57,186 nt of DNA from Candidatus Nanohaloarchaea archaeon (GCA_041640075.1 JBEQAY010000003.1:1-57186), one strand, 5' to 3'; numbered from the stretch's first letter, positions 28,330 through 38,516 are shown. The notes: generated from the sequence alone by a model not told the origin. Numbers and translations are program-made.

Positions 28330-29535
28330 CTACTCATACCTGAGTGCTTCCGCGGGCTCCAGTTCAGAAGCTCTCTTCGCCGGCAGAACACCAGAGAACA
28401 TACCCAGCAGAAGTGCGAACCCTAGCGACCCCAGTACAAGTACAGGAGAGACATAAGGTGAAACCGGTAGCTGTGCGAATTGAGTGGCAGCCATCGCCCC
28501 CGCATAAGCCATCCCAAGCCCGAAAACCAAGCCAAGGAGACCTCCTATCAGGCCTATTACACCTGACTCTATCAGGAATATTGCCATGATCTGTCTCTTC
28601 TGAGCTCCTATAGCTTTCATCACTCCGATTTCACGGGTTCTCTCAGTTACTGACGTGTACATCGTATTCATTATACCAACAGCACCCACCAGCAGGGAGA
28701 TAGATGCTATACCAATCACTACACCCCTGACAACCCCTAATATACTCTGGAAGGATTCAATCAGATCTTCCTGTGTTGAAACGGTAAAGTCTTCTTCTCC
28801 TTCGTTTACGCCTCTGGAGTTTCTAAGTGAATCCTCAACATTCTCCTTGACATCTGAAGGTTCAAAACCAGGCTGCATACTGGCGAATAGCCAGTCATAG
28901 GTATCACTATCTGCCTCCAGGACTTCTCTGGCTCTTGAAATCGGCAGAACCACAGAACCGTCAATCGAAGGATCTCCTGTAGGCTTCATTATACCCACCA
29001 CTCTGAAATCAAGCTCACCTACCTGTATCTGACTTCTAAGACCGGGTTGATCTTCAAAAGTGGATTCTGCTATACTACTTCCTATAACAACATTTGATCT
29101 ATCCATCTCTCTTATCTCACGGCCTTCATCAATCTCCATCGCCCAGCTGGACTCCACTATGTCCTTGGCTTCACCCGTCGGCATACCCAGCATGACCGCG
29201 TAGGAGGACTCGTCCTTGAACGAGATCCTGGACGTCCGGAACAGCGCCCCTCCAACCTCATCTACACCTCTTGAACCCTGTACAGCAGCTAAGTCCTGAT
29301 CGTCAAATTTTTCACCTGCACCCGTGCTCTGTGCGCTCTGACCAGGATTTATGAACAGCTTGTCACTTCCTATACTCTGAAACTCTCTTTCAACAGAATC
29401 CTGCAACCCCTGACTCAGAGAAACCAGTGCCACAACTGCAGCTATACCTATAAAAACTCCTACGATAGTTAACCAGCTTCTTTTACCACGATACTTTATA
29501 TTCCTGAGGCTCAGCTTCACAAACTCCTCTATCAT
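28330..29535 (-). CDS. MacB/FtsX-like ABC permease
   Basis: RSWLTIVGVFIG; GIMNTMYTSVTERTREIGVMKAIGA. Confidence 0.9.
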   Translation of the reverse strand: MIEEFVKLSLRNIKYRGKRSWLTIVGVFIGIAAVVALVSLSQGLQDSVEREFQSIGSDKLFINPGQSAQSTGAGEKFDDQDLAAVQGSRGVDEVGGALFRTSRISFKDESSYAVMLGMPTGEAKDIVESSWAMEIDEGREIREMDRSNVVIGSSIAESTFEDQPGLRSQIQVGELDFRVVGIMKPTGDPSIDGSVVLPISRAREVLEADSDTYDWLFASMQPGFEPSDVKENVEDSLRNSRGVNEGEEDFTVSTQEDLIESFQSILGVVRGVVIGIASISLLVGAVGIMNTMYTSVTERTREIGVMKAIGAQKRQIMAIFLIESGVIGLIGGLLGLVFGLGMAYAGAMAATQFAQLPVSPYVSPVLVLGSLGFALLLGMFSGVLPAKRASELEPAEALRYE

Positions 29536-30737
29536 CAGTAACTCAACGCCTCCGCAGGTTCAAGGTTCGCAGCTTTTCTTGCAGGGAAAACCCCAGAGAA
29601 CATGCCTACTACAAAAGCAAAAACAACAGCTCCGATTAACAACATCGGACTCATAGAAGCGGAAAACTCCAAGTTCATAGCAGAGGAAACTGCTCCTGCT
29701 GCAAGCTTACTGACACCTACACCAAGCAGAGCGCCGAGCAGGCCGCCGACAGCTCCTATTATACCTGATTCAATCATAAACAAAAGCATTATCTGGTTTT
29801 TAGTAGCCCCTATAGCCTTCATCACTCCAATTTCACGAGTTCTCTGAGTCACTGACGTATACATGGTATTCATTATACCAACAGCGCCTACAAGCAGAGA
29901 GATACCTCCAATACCGAGTAGAACCCCTCTTATTATGGCTAGCTGGTTGTTGAAAGATCTTATTATATCAGCAGCAGTATTAGTCGAGAAATCTTCCTCA
30001 CCTTCCTCCACACCACGGGTATTTCTTAGGTTTCTTCTTATCCTTTCCTCAAGTTCAGAAGGCTCTATCCCGCTTTCAGCTTCAGCAACTATAGAGTCAT
30101 AGCCCTCAGACCGGTTCAGGAGTTCCCTTGCCACGTCTATATTCATGTAAACCCCTCCACCTGTATTTAGACCACGACTTACTATCCCTACTACACGGAA
30201 CTTCTGGTTTTCTACTTCGAACCTGCTTCCTACAGAAAGTTCATCTTCAAAAGTATCTTCAGCAGTACCTTCTACCAGAACTACTCCCGTAGTGTCTGCA
30301 GGCCGCATAAACCTTCCCTCCTGAACTTCAAGGGCATCTACCTCTCTGATAAGTTCTTCTCTACCTTCAAGAGGTCCGCTCCTGATGTTCATGTACTCAG
30401 ATTCTCCCTGGCGATCAGCAAGCACATGGCCTGTTACAACGCTTGCTGCCTGGGAGACTCCACGTGTATTCCGTACTGCAAGCAGGTCCTCTTCAGTCAA
30501 GGTTTGCGTGTCTCCTGTTAGTCCGCTGATAGCGCCGCCACCTCCTGGTGATATGAAGACCTTGTCGCCACCTATGTCCTGAACCTCCTGTTGAACCGAG
30601 TTCTCCAGTCCCTGACCGATGGAAAGAAGCGCAACTATGGCTAGAACTCCGATCATCGTCCCCAGGATTGTAAGCCAGCTTCTTCTCTTCCTGTGGCGAA
30701 TATTTCGGACTGCCAGGTTGAAAAAATCCAGGAACAT
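29535..30737 (-). CDS. MacB/FtsX-like ABC permease (paralog)
   Basis: Same motifs as the neighbouring permease. Confidence 0.9.
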   Translation of the reverse strand: MFLDFFNLAVRNIRHRKRRSWLTILGTMIGVLAIVALLSIGQGLENSVQQEVQDIGGDKVFISPGGGGAISGLTGDTQTLTEEDLLAVRNTRGVSQAASVVTGHVLADRQGESEYMNIRSGPLEGREELIREVDALEVQEGRFMRPADTTGVVLVEGTAEDTFEDELSVGSRFEVENQKFRVVGIVSRGLNTGGGVYMNIDVARELLNRSEGYDSIVAEAESGIEPSELEERIRRNLRNTRGVEEGEEDFSTNTAADIIRSFNNQLAIIRGVLLGIGGISLLVGAVGIMNTMYTSVTQRTREIGVMKAIGATKNQIMLLFMIESGIIGAVGGLLGALLGVGVSKLAAGAVSSAMNLEFSASMSPMLLIGAVVFAFVVGMFSGVFPARKAANLEPAEALSY

Positions 30738-30752
30738 GTTTCTAAGACCTTT

Positions 30753-31931
30753 TTATCTCCTTCTGCGCCAGTAATAGATCCCTCCTGCAGCAATCAGGAT
30801 CAAAACGACTACCGGGAGAATGCTTCCACTCTGGGACATCCCGTATCTTTCAAGCTGCTGCTGTGAGTAAACCGGGATGTCAACCTGCTGAGTTTCCACC
30901 TGTTCTCCTGAGACATCTTTGTAAGTTACTTCTACAGGTGCTGAAACGTTTTCGGCCTCGCTGTCGACATGAACCTGGAAGTCTGCTGTCTGGTAATCAT
31001 CAGCATCCATGTCACCAAGGTAAACTGAGCCAGTAGAAAGTACTTCAAGGTTTTCAGTTTCCTGCATGGCAACTTTGACGAAATCTGCTGACCCTCTGCC
31101 CCGGTTTACTATCCTTACAGTCACTGAACCTGTACTACCAGGTGTCAGTTCATCCTCAACGCTGTTCAAGCCAACTTCAAGCTCAGGATTCCCTCCTACG
31201 ACCGCACCGATCGTTGTCTGCCGGGTAAACTCGTTCCCTGCTTCATTTTCATAGCTAATCTCAACAGGTATCTTGTAGACTCCATTTTCTGCAGATTCAT
31301 CGACGTTCAGGCTGTAGCTTATACTTTCTGATCTATCTGGATCTATATCTGTCACTGTACGGGAAGTGGTATCAGAAGCAGCTACAGGGATACCTGAAAG
31401 ATCAAGCTTAACGTCTATATTTTTCATCTGACCGTCTGCAAGGTTTTCAAGCTGCAATGACATCTCGTTCTGTGAACCCGGAGCAACTTTTCCCGGAAAA
31501 TCTACTTCAGATACTGAAAGGATGTCGTTGTCGCTTCGGACCTCTAATGGTATATCATGAGTTACTTTAAGATCGCCGTAAGAGGTTCTGAGTTTGAGAT
31601 CATTTTCACCCTGAACGGCGTTATCTGCAACTCTAACCTTCATATGGATCTGTTTACGTTCACCTGGCTCGAGCTCACTTAAGTTCCAGGAGCTTTTCTC
31701 ACCTTCATCTATGGAAAAAGGGAATGACTCCACAAACTCTGCACGGACATCACCTGAGCCAGCGTCTCCTGTATTAACTACTTCCAGCCATATATCCGCG
31801 TACTCTGATGTCTGTAAGGGTACCGGCTCCATGTTCACCTTCTGAACTTCCATCTGAACAGATTTTTGAGCTGTTGCAGCACCTGTGAGCAGTGCCAGGA
31901 TCAAAAAAGTGAGTAGAATCTTTTCTTTCAT
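30753..31931 (-). CDS. COG1361-like S-layer-domain protein
   Basis: Signal peptide, repeated Ig-like N.G motifs, C-terminal TM with RRRR tail; usual partner of this ABC type. Confidence 0.75.
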   Translation of the reverse strand: MKEKILLTFLILALLTGAATAQKSVQMEVQKVNMEPVPLQTSEYADIWLEVVNTGDAGSGDVRAEFVESFPFSIDEGEKSSWNLSELEPGERKQIHMKVRVADNAVQGENDLKLRTSYGDLKVTHDIPLEVRSDNDILSVSEVDFPGKVAPGSQNEMSLQLENLADGQMKNIDVKLDLSGIPVAASDTTSRTVTDIDPDRSESISYSLNVDESAENGVYKIPVEISYENEAGNEFTRQTTIGAVVGGNPELEVGLNSVEDELTPGSTGSVTVRIVNRGRGSADFVKVAMQETENLEVLSTGSVYLGDMDADDYQTADFQVHVDSEAENVSAPVEVTYKDVSGEQVETQQVDIPVYSQQQLERYGMSQSGSILPVVVLILIAAGGIYYWRRRR

Positions 31932-31950
31932 TTTTACGTTTTAACCTCTT

Positions 31951-32676
31951 CTAGTCATTTTTTTCTTCTGCAGAATGTTTTAGTTTTTCCTGCGCACTTG
32001 TATCGTCATCAGGATTTGTTTTACCGTCTATTATCTGTATTATCCTGTCAGCGTATTCAGCATCGTTTGGATCATGTGTGACCATCACGATAGTCTTACC
32101 CTGCTCGTTGAGGTCGGTAAGCAGGTTCATTATAGATTCACCGGTCTCTGTATCCAGGTTTCCTGTCGGCTCATCGGCAAGTATTATCTCCGGGTTGTTC
32201 GCAAGTGCACGTGCTATTGAAACCCTCTGCCTCTGTCCTCCGGAAAGCTCTGATGGGTTAAACTCTTTCCTGTCTCCAAGACCTACATTTTCCAGCAACT
32301 CGAAGGCTCTTTCACGTCTCTGTTTTTTGGGAACTCCTCTGAAGATCATGGGTAGAGCTACGTTCTGCCACCCGTTCATTGAGTTGATCAGGTTGAACTC
32401 CTGGAATACAAAACCTATCTTCTCACTTCTAAGAAGTGCCAGTTCGTCTTCCGTCATGCCGCGGATTTCCTCATCGTCGATAGTTACTCCACCACCTGTT
32501 GGCTGATCCAGAGCCCCGATCATGTTCATCAAAGTGGATTTCCCTGATCCAGAAGGCCCCATAACTGCGATGAACTCTCCCTCCTCTATACCTACATCTG
32601 AGCCTCTCAAGGCCTTTACGGTGGTTTCACCTAGCTGGTATGTTTTCTCTATATCCTCAAGCGATATCAGCGACAT
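31951..32676 (-). CDS. ABC ATPase (LolD/SalX-like)
   Basis: GPSGSGKS, LSGGQRQR and ILADEPTGNLD. Confidence 0.93.
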   Translation of the reverse strand: MSLISLEDIEKTYQLGETTVKALRGSDVGIEEGEFIAVMGPSGSGKSTLMNMIGALDQPTGGGVTIDDEEIRGMTEDELALLRSEKIGFVFQEFNLINSMNGWQNVALPMIFRGVPKKQRRERAFELLENVGLGDRKEFNPSELSGGQRQRVSIARALANNPEIILADEPTGNLDTETGESIMNLLTDLNEQGKTIVMVTHDPNDAEYADRIIQIIDGKTNPDDDTSAQEKLKHSAEEKND

Positions 32677-32828
32677 CCTCTACACCCCAGAATTAGTGTG
32701 CATCTAATTAAATACCCGCGGGCGACCATTCGACACAGACCGAACAAAAACCTCTACCCAGTACCTGAACCGGTTCACGGAAAACCCTACCAAATCGTTT
32801 AATACACAGCAAACCAAACTGGAAAACA

Positions 32829-33272
32829 ATGACGTTCATGAAGCAACTCCGGGACAATATAACCGAGGAATCAATCGCCTATGGCTACACCTTAACCATC
32901 TGGGGATCCGGAGCACTTCTCCTAAACAGTTTCCAGACCAACCCTCTGGATATACTGTTATTTGTTACCGGAGGGGTAACAGGATTCGCTATACTTGCGC
33001 TCATAGCATTCAAGGGATTTCTAAAGGAAGTTAAAATGAAGAGAGAAAAAGATTTCATCGTTTCATCCATGATCCATATACTTGCCTCCCTAGGGACTGT
33101 AGTCGTGAACTACCTGATCATAACCTCAAGCTCAGATGTCGGCCAGTCACTAATATACTTCTTAGTGGGAGCAAACACAACTTTCCTCTACAATCTCGTA
33201 CTGATGGCAGAAACCTACCTCTCAAAGGATGTATCCAAGCTTGAAGAAAAAATCGTAGGAGGAAACAGCTAG
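32829..33272 (+). CDS. Hypothetical membrane protein
   Basis: AYGYTLTIWGSG, 4 TM segments. Confidence 0.65.
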   Translation: MTFMKQLRDNITEESIAYGYTLTIWGSGALLLNSFQTNPLDILLFVTGGVTGFAILALIAFKGFLKEVKMKREKDFIVSSMIHILASLGTVVVNYLIITSSSDVGQSLIYFLVGANTTFLYNLVLMAETYLSKDVSKLEEKIVGGNS

Positions 33273-33276
33273 AAAA

Positions 33277-33489
33277 ATGGACGCAGACAAGACCGAAAGA
33301 AAACTTGGACTCTACTTCGCAGGCATCAATATCGCATCTATAATCATAGCAGGAGTAACAGGATTCTTGACCGACATAAAAGGCGGACTAATTGCCTTTA
33401 TCGCATCAATAATAGTTCTGACAATAATAATACAGGGATACGCACAGAGAAAACTTGAAAACGATGAAAAAGACATGGAAACAGATTAA
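33277..33489 (+). CDS. Small 2-TM protein
   Basis: 70 aa, two hydrophobic helices. Confidence 0.6.
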   Translation: MDADKTERKLGLYFAGINIASIIIAGVTGFLTDIKGGLIAFIASIIVLTIIIQGYAQRKLENDEKDMETD

Positions 33490-33636
33490 ACAGTCTTAAA
33501 AAACCTTCTAATTTTCCTGATAGGTACATATTTCTTTTTACAAATACCACAACTTTTATCACCCACCTATCTTAAAAAGAAGACTTTGATACTGCAGAGA
33601 ACTTCTCCTTTAAAACTAAGTTCGTTACATTGGAAA

Positions 33637-33810
33637 GTGAACGAAACTGAAGCACGTAAAAAACTCGCGAGAGGGATTTTGCAAGTAAACATAGCATCCA
33701 TAACTTTGGGCGCGATAATAGGTAATATATTTCAAGTTATACATGGATTCATAGCTTTCTGGATTTCCATACATTTAAGTTCCTACCTAATCTACAGAAA
33801 AACTAGTTAA
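33637..33810 (+). CDS. Small 2-TM protein, diverged paralog of 33277
   Basis: Shares NIASI and IAF motifs; GTG start ~22 nt after TTTAAAA. Confidence 0.45.
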   Translation: MNETEARKKLARGILQVNIASITLGAIIGNIFQVIHGFIAFWISIHLSSYLIYRKTS

Positions 33811-33862
33811 AATTCATAGAGGCTATCTCTACTTTTTTCAGACAACCAGGTCTGTAATTACT

Positions 33863-34004
33863 CGGACCTGAAGGGATTTGAACCCTCGACTTCGAGGTAT
33901 CTCCATCGAAGATCTGATATCTCCTCGAACCGTCTTTCCTTCATGTATGCTTCAAGAAAGCGGTATTAGGAACCTCGCGCTCTGTCCAGCTGAGCTACAG
34001 GCCC
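33863..34004 (-). tRNA. tRNA-Arg(CCT) with 68-nt intron at 37/38 (33899-33966)
   Basis: GGGCCTG/CAGGTCC acceptor, CGAGG/CCTCG anticodon stem, TTCC:GGAG central BHB helix, GGTTCAAATCC T-arm. Confidence 0.92.
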
Positions 34005-34078
34005 TTCCAGTTGAGTTTGTTAAGAGGCAGAATTAAAAGTATATAAACTGAGAGAGTTAGCTTCCACTGATTGACTCA

Positions 34079-34804
34079 TCAGAGCTTTACGGCAGTTTCA
34101 GCAGCCTGTAAGGGCTTCTTCAGTACCTGTAAAGGTCTTTTATCGTGTCGTAGTTTAATTATAGTTTCAGCGTTCTGCTCCGTAGCTCTTCTTACCTTTT
34201 CAATATTGAAAACTCTGTTACGACTATTCTGAAGTGTAAATGATCTCCATGTCGTGATTCTGTTCAGGCCGGCGAGAGCTGCTGGAGGAACCGTGATAAA
34301 TCCCATTGTTTCCAAGTCTCTTCTCTCGGATGCTACACGTGCCAGTACCGGAAATAGACTTCTAAGAAGTATTTCATCCACTTTCTTGAAGTCCTCTGTG
34401 TGACTATAGCCGGTTTCATGAAGTGCCTGTGCCAGATCTGAGTTTATATGGGCGTTAATACCGAGCACCAGTTCAATAAGAGGTCTGGAGTCATCTCTCT
34501 CAATATAATTGAAGTAAGTATTCCATGGAGACTTTTTCTCTCCTTCTTTAATGTATTTCCTTACTGCGTTGAAGTAAAGTTGTGCAAACCTGATATCAAG
34601 CTTTTCGAGTGCTTTGGGATGATCAAAACCTCCTCTCTGTTTCTCCTTTTTGACCTCCCTCGTGATTTTCAGGTATGCCTGAAGGAAAGGTTTCATAGAA
34701 TCAAAATCTTCCTGTTCCAAAAGTTCTTCAAGTTCCTCCATCGCTCGGATAACAGATTCAAGGCTTTCAAGATCCGGATCAAGCACTCCAGAAAAATCAT
34801 TCAT
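34079..34804 (-). CDS. DUF5995-like protein
   Basis: FLQAYLKIT, FAQLYF and LGINAHINSDLA motifs. Confidence 0.7.
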   Translation of the reverse strand: MNDFSGVLDPDLESLESVIRAMEELEELLEQEDFDSMKPFLQAYLKITREVKKEKQRGGFDHPKALEKLDIRFAQLYFNAVRKYIKEGEKKSPWNTYFNYIERDDSRPLIELVLGINAHINSDLAQALHETGYSHTEDFKKVDEILLRSLFPVLARVASERRDLETMGFITVPPAALAGLNRITTWRSFTLQNSRNRVFNIEKVRRATEQNAETIIKLRHDKRPLQVLKKPLQAAETAVKL

Positions 34805-34835
34805 AAGTTGTTATGTTTAGGTAACAATTTTAAGG

Positions 34836-35246
34836 TTATTTCTCTGCCCAGGTGTATATTGATTCCATTGCGTAGTTGAAGACAAATCCAACAACTATAC
34901 CTACTGTGTTTGCTGCGATGTACCAGAGGCCGAAGGCGACTCCTATCTTCAGAACTACGAGTGCTATAAGTATCCCCCCGGATCTGACCAGGTTGGATCT
35001 TAGAAACCTTCTGAAAGTAGCTCCTGGACGATTTTTAAACGTATAGCGGTTGTTCAGGAAGAACATGAGTGCTATGGAAGCTTCCGCGCCGACTAATTTT
35101 CCAAGTATTAGTTGAAAGCCTAGATTTTCCACCAGAAAGAACAGTATGATATTTTCGAGGACTAAACCTGTTGCACTTACTCCTCCAAACTGGAAAATTC
35201 TTAACGCCAGCTTTCTATACTTTTCGAAAAAAGAGTTTACTTCCAA
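34836..35246 (-). CDS. GtrA family flippase-like protein
   Basis: QFGGV, LNNRYTF and FNY motifs; 4 TM segments. Confidence 0.85.
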   Translation of the reverse strand: MEVNSFFEKYRKLALRIFQFGGVSATGLVLENIILFFLVENLGFQLILGKLVGAEASIALMFFLNNRYTFKNRPGATFRRFLRSNLVRSGGILIALVVLKIGVAFGLWYIAANTVGIVVGFVFNYAMESIYTWAEK

Positions 35247-36634
35247 ACGAGTGTTTTCACCTCGTGGGCCAGGAAAGTTTCCGGCGTGTAATTTTTCCCT
35301 GTTTTAGTGTTTAAACCTGTCATCCAGGATCTGTCCGATATCTCAGGTTCTTTGCAGAGGGTTTCGTTTCCATAGGTCGTGTAAAGCGGTGTACTTTCAA
35401 TTACAGGTAAATCTGTCGAGTTTCCGTAGATACTGTTGCCGTAGTCGATTATCCTGTAACCCTGGCCGATGACTTCACTATCTTCCTGGTAAGTTGTGGA
35501 TATTGCCGGTGTTCCCGCGTAGCTGATCATCGGCCATACATTTGACTGCACCATACAGCCATCGGCAGAGTCAGCAGCCTCCTGGAAGTTTGCAGGAGGT
35601 GCAAGAGGGTTCATGAATATCAGGACGGCTGCCGAGACAAGACTCAGGGCCGCAACTACTTCAACAACTCGCTGTGCTGTAACTTCAAATCCAAGCATAT
35701 TTTCGGTCTTAAACTCCTGGACCACCTTGGTGGCGAAGAACGCTACAGGAAGAACCATAGGGTAGAGATATCTCAGAGGTTTCAAACCTGAGATAGCGTA
35801 GAGTAAAGCACTTAGAGCTGCAAATCCTGCCATGAAAATAAATTGGTCGGAGTTTATGTCGATCAAGTTCCTGTATCTCTGTTTCACGTACAGAAGTAGA
35901 ATTATCGAGACCGGTAAACCTATTATAAGGAAGTTTATTGGGTTAAGTGGGTCGTGGGCGCTTCTTCTGAGGACGTTCAGCCCCAGGTAGTTTGCGAAGC
36001 TTTTGAGCGGATGTCCTGTCTCCAGGTAGTTGTATAACAGCCACAGGCTGACCGGTACTGCCGATACTAGAAGTGTTTTAACGGATTTTTTCAGGTCTCT
36101 CTGCACCAGTACCAGCGGGATCAATGCACCGTAGTTGTATCTTGTAAGGAATGTCAGGCCGAGCCATACACCTGTACGGGATTTCTGCAGTTCTGCGAAG
36201 AACAGCATCGCAAAAGCCAGTGAAAGCATCTCCGTGCCGTTCACCGTTCCGTAAAAGATAGTAGCGGGCATCATCAGCAGTAGGTAGAAATACGTGAAGT
36301 TAAGTTCGTACGATCTGCTGACCCTGAGTGCAGAGTAGAGGAAGAAAGTGGAGACTGCGATTACAAAGACTACCTCTGCCACAGGTTGTGAGACCAGTAG
36401 CTGTGGAAGACCTAGCAGGAAAGATGCTACTGGCGGCCTCAGCCATTCCATGAACATCCCGTTCTGAAACATGTATTCACCGTTCATAGAGTAGACCAGG
36501 AAGTCCCAGCTCCAGCCAGAAAGATGCTGGAAAACCATGAGGGAAGTGGATAGAACATAAACGATCTTTACCCTTAGTGGAATGTTTTCGAAACCGTCTT
36601 TCAGTCGTCCGAGATAATTTTCTAGTTCATCCAT
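35237..36634 (-). CDS. GT-C-type membrane glycosyltransferase (putative)
   Basis: WD..VY, RPP, TE and RYLYP motifs in a polytopic protein located between GtrA and GT2. Confidence 0.65.
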   Translation of the reverse strand: MDELENYLGRLKDGFENIPLRVKIVYVLSTSLMVFQHLSGWSWDFLVYSMNGEYMFQNGMFMEWLRPPVASFLLGLPQLLVSQPVAEVVFVIAVSTFFLYSALRVSRSYELNFTYFYLLLMMPATIFYGTVNGTEMLSLAFAMLFFAELQKSRTGVWLGLTFLTRYNYGALIPLVLVQRDLKKSVKTLLVSAVPVSLWLLYNYLETGHPLKSFANYLGLNVLRRSAHDPLNPINFLIIGLPVSIILLLYVKQRYRNLIDINSDQFIFMAGFAALSALLYAISGLKPLRYLYPMVLPVAFFATKVVQEFKTENMLGFEVTAQRVVEVVAALSLVSAAVLIFMNPLAPPANFQEAADSADGCMVQSNVWPMISYAGTPAISTTYQEDSEVIGQGYRIIDYGNSIYGNSTDLPVIESTPLYTTYGNETLCKEPEISDRSWMTGLNTKTGKNYTPETFLAHEVKTLVWK

Positions 36635-37323
36635 TGCTTTACCCTCAGTTCAGCTAGCTTCCTGGAAAAATACAGTCCATCTGAAATTATATCTATCTCG
36701 GAATCGTCTTTTTCCTCCCATTCAACAGGCAGAATTTCTAAAGCCAGGTCTCTTTCCTGGGCTTTCACAAGGAACTCGGTATCCCAGAACCAGTGCTTGC
36801 TCTCAACTTGATTAAACAGGTCCTCGACGGCTTCACGCCTGAAACCTTTGAAACCGCACTGGTGATCACTTAAATCAGAGAAAAACAGCGCCCTCACAGA
36901 GTAATTGAAGACGTTACTGGCCAGGTCCCGGAAAAAATCTCGGTCCACTTCATCGTTTTTCCTGGACCCTACGACCACATCGCTGTTCTCCAGTTTCCCA
37001 ATCATATATTCCAGCTCTCCGGCAGCGGTTGCACCATCAGCATCCATGAAAACAAAATATTCTTTATCAGAAGCCTTGAAAGCCTCTTCAACTGCCTTTC
37101 CCTTGCCACTGCGTCCTCCCAGATCCAGGTAACGGACGTTGTCAAACTCCTCCTGCAGACCCTCCGCTATCTCCGATGTTGAGTCCTTTGATCCTCCTTC
37201 AGAAATTATTATATCAAAAGATTCGACTTCATCAAGTCTTTGAAGTTCTTTATCCACGTTTTCCACGGTACGCCTTAAACATTTCTCTTCATTATAGGCC
37301 GGGATCGCTACCGTGACTTCCAT
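36622..37323 (-). CDS. GT2 dolichyl-phosphate glycosyltransferase
   Basis: IPAYNEE, GKG, FMDADG, DHQCGFKGF and WFWDTE. Confidence 0.9.
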   Translation of the reverse strand: MEVTVAIPAYNEEKCLRRTVENVDKELQRLDEVESFDIIISEGGSKDSTSEIAEGLQEEFDNVRYLDLGGRSGKGKAVEEAFKASDKEYFVFMDADGATAAGELEYMIGKLENSDVVVGSRKNDEVDRDFFRDLASNVFNYSVRALFFSDLSDHQCGFKGFRREAVEDLFNQVESKHWFWDTEFLVKAQERDLALEILPVEWEEKDDSEIDIISDGLYFSRKLAELRVKQWMN

Positions 37324-37348
37324 ACCTGATTTTTCATCCTCCAAGTTT

Positions 37349-37591
37349 TTAGTCTTCTTCAACCAGCGCCTCTACCTGGAAAGTCTTCTCACACTGAGGA
37401 TAACCCTCACAACCCCAGAAAAAACCATAGCGGCCCTCCTTAATCTTCATAGGAAGTCCACATTCCGGACAGGCCACATCTCTAGGCTCGTCATGCTTAT
37501 GCTCTCCACAGACAGGTTGACCCGCCGAATTCTTCTTCGTGGCGTTCTCACCACAGAAAACACATTTTGACATCTTGGTTTCCGGACTCAT
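37349..37591 (-). CDS. Zinc-ribbon protein (topoisomerase C4-type)
   Basis: CVFC..C..H plus CPECG..GRYGFFWGCEGYPQC. Confidence 0.8.
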   Translation of the reverse strand: MSPETKMSKCVFCGENATKKNSAGQPVCGEHKHDEPRDVACPECGLPMKIKEGRYGFFWGCEGYPQCEKTFQVEALVEED

Positions 37592-37648
37592 GGAAACAGA
37601 ATTTATCAGGAAACTTTAATAGAGATTCATGCCGGACAATCAGACAAG

Positions 37649-38281
37649 ATGCCTCAGATCTTCTGCCTCGGCCACAGCATGACATACGGAAGATGGGATA
37701 CAGAAGGCGGCTGGACACAGCGACTACGAAAGGAACTGGATGAAAGAAGCTTGGAGAACGATGACGAAGAGGATTTCCATGTATGGAACCTTGGAATCCC
37801 GGGAGAAGACAGCATCCAACTCCTGAAAGGTATGGAAGACGAACTTGAGAGAAGAATCTACGAACCTATGCAACAGGTTATCCTGATTCAGATCGGTGCC
37901 AACGACATCCAGTACCTCAGGGAGGAAGAAAAAATCAGGGTACCTGAAAAAGAGTACAAAGAAAATCTGGAGAAAATCATCGGAAAATCCAGAGAATACA
38001 CGGATAAGATCATGGTGGTCGGAGAACCTCCTACAACCATTGACGGCCCGATACCCTGGGCAGAAGAAAAAGAACTCAGCGACAAAAGAATGAGAAAATA
38101 CAGAAAAATCCAGAAAAAGACGTGCCAGAAACATCAGATACCCTTCATCGACGTAAGAAAACTGCACTCAAAGAAGGAATGGTCAAACCTGCTGGAAGAT
38201 GGATGTCACCCTAACAACCAAGGTCATAGAGAAATTTACAAAGCCGTCAAACAAAAACTAGCAAATGAAGAGATCCTGTAA
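37649..38281 (+). CDS. SGNH/GDSL hydrolase
   Basis: GHSMT, NLGIPG, IGAND and DGCHP blocks. Confidence 0.88.
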   Translation: MPQIFCLGHSMTYGRWDTEGGWTQRLRKELDERSLENDDEEDFHVWNLGIPGEDSIQLLKGMEDELERRIYEPMQQVILIQIGANDIQYLREEEKIRVPEKEYKENLEKIIGKSREYTDKIMVVGEPPTTIDGPIPWAEEKELSDKRMRKYRKIQKKTCQKHQIPFIDVRKLHSKKEWSNLLEDGCHPNNQGHREIYKAVKQKLANEEIL

Positions 38282-38444
38282 GACTGACCTACCGACAATT
38301 TAAAACAGTTACAACCACCTCATAATTTACACAGTAGCCGGTTCCCTTAGAACCGTTTCCGCGTGATGAAACTTCGCGCAACAAGTTTCGCGGTGGAAGA
38401 AACTCCCTTCAGGAGTTTCTGATAACCAGCAAATCTTACGATTT

Positions 38445-38516
38445 GCGGTGTTGGTCCAGTGGCTAAGACACGTGCTTGCCATGCGCGTAACCCGGGTTCA
38501 AATCCCGGACACCGCA
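38445..38516 (+). tRNA. tRNA-Gly(GCC)
   Basis: GCGGTGT/ACACCGC acceptor, CGTGC-TTGCCAT-GCGCG anticodon arm, GGTTCAAATCC T-arm. Confidence 0.95.

Noticed and set aside
28330..32676. ATPase + S-layer-domain protein + two permeases as a novel system
   Set aside because: This arrangement is widespread in archaea.
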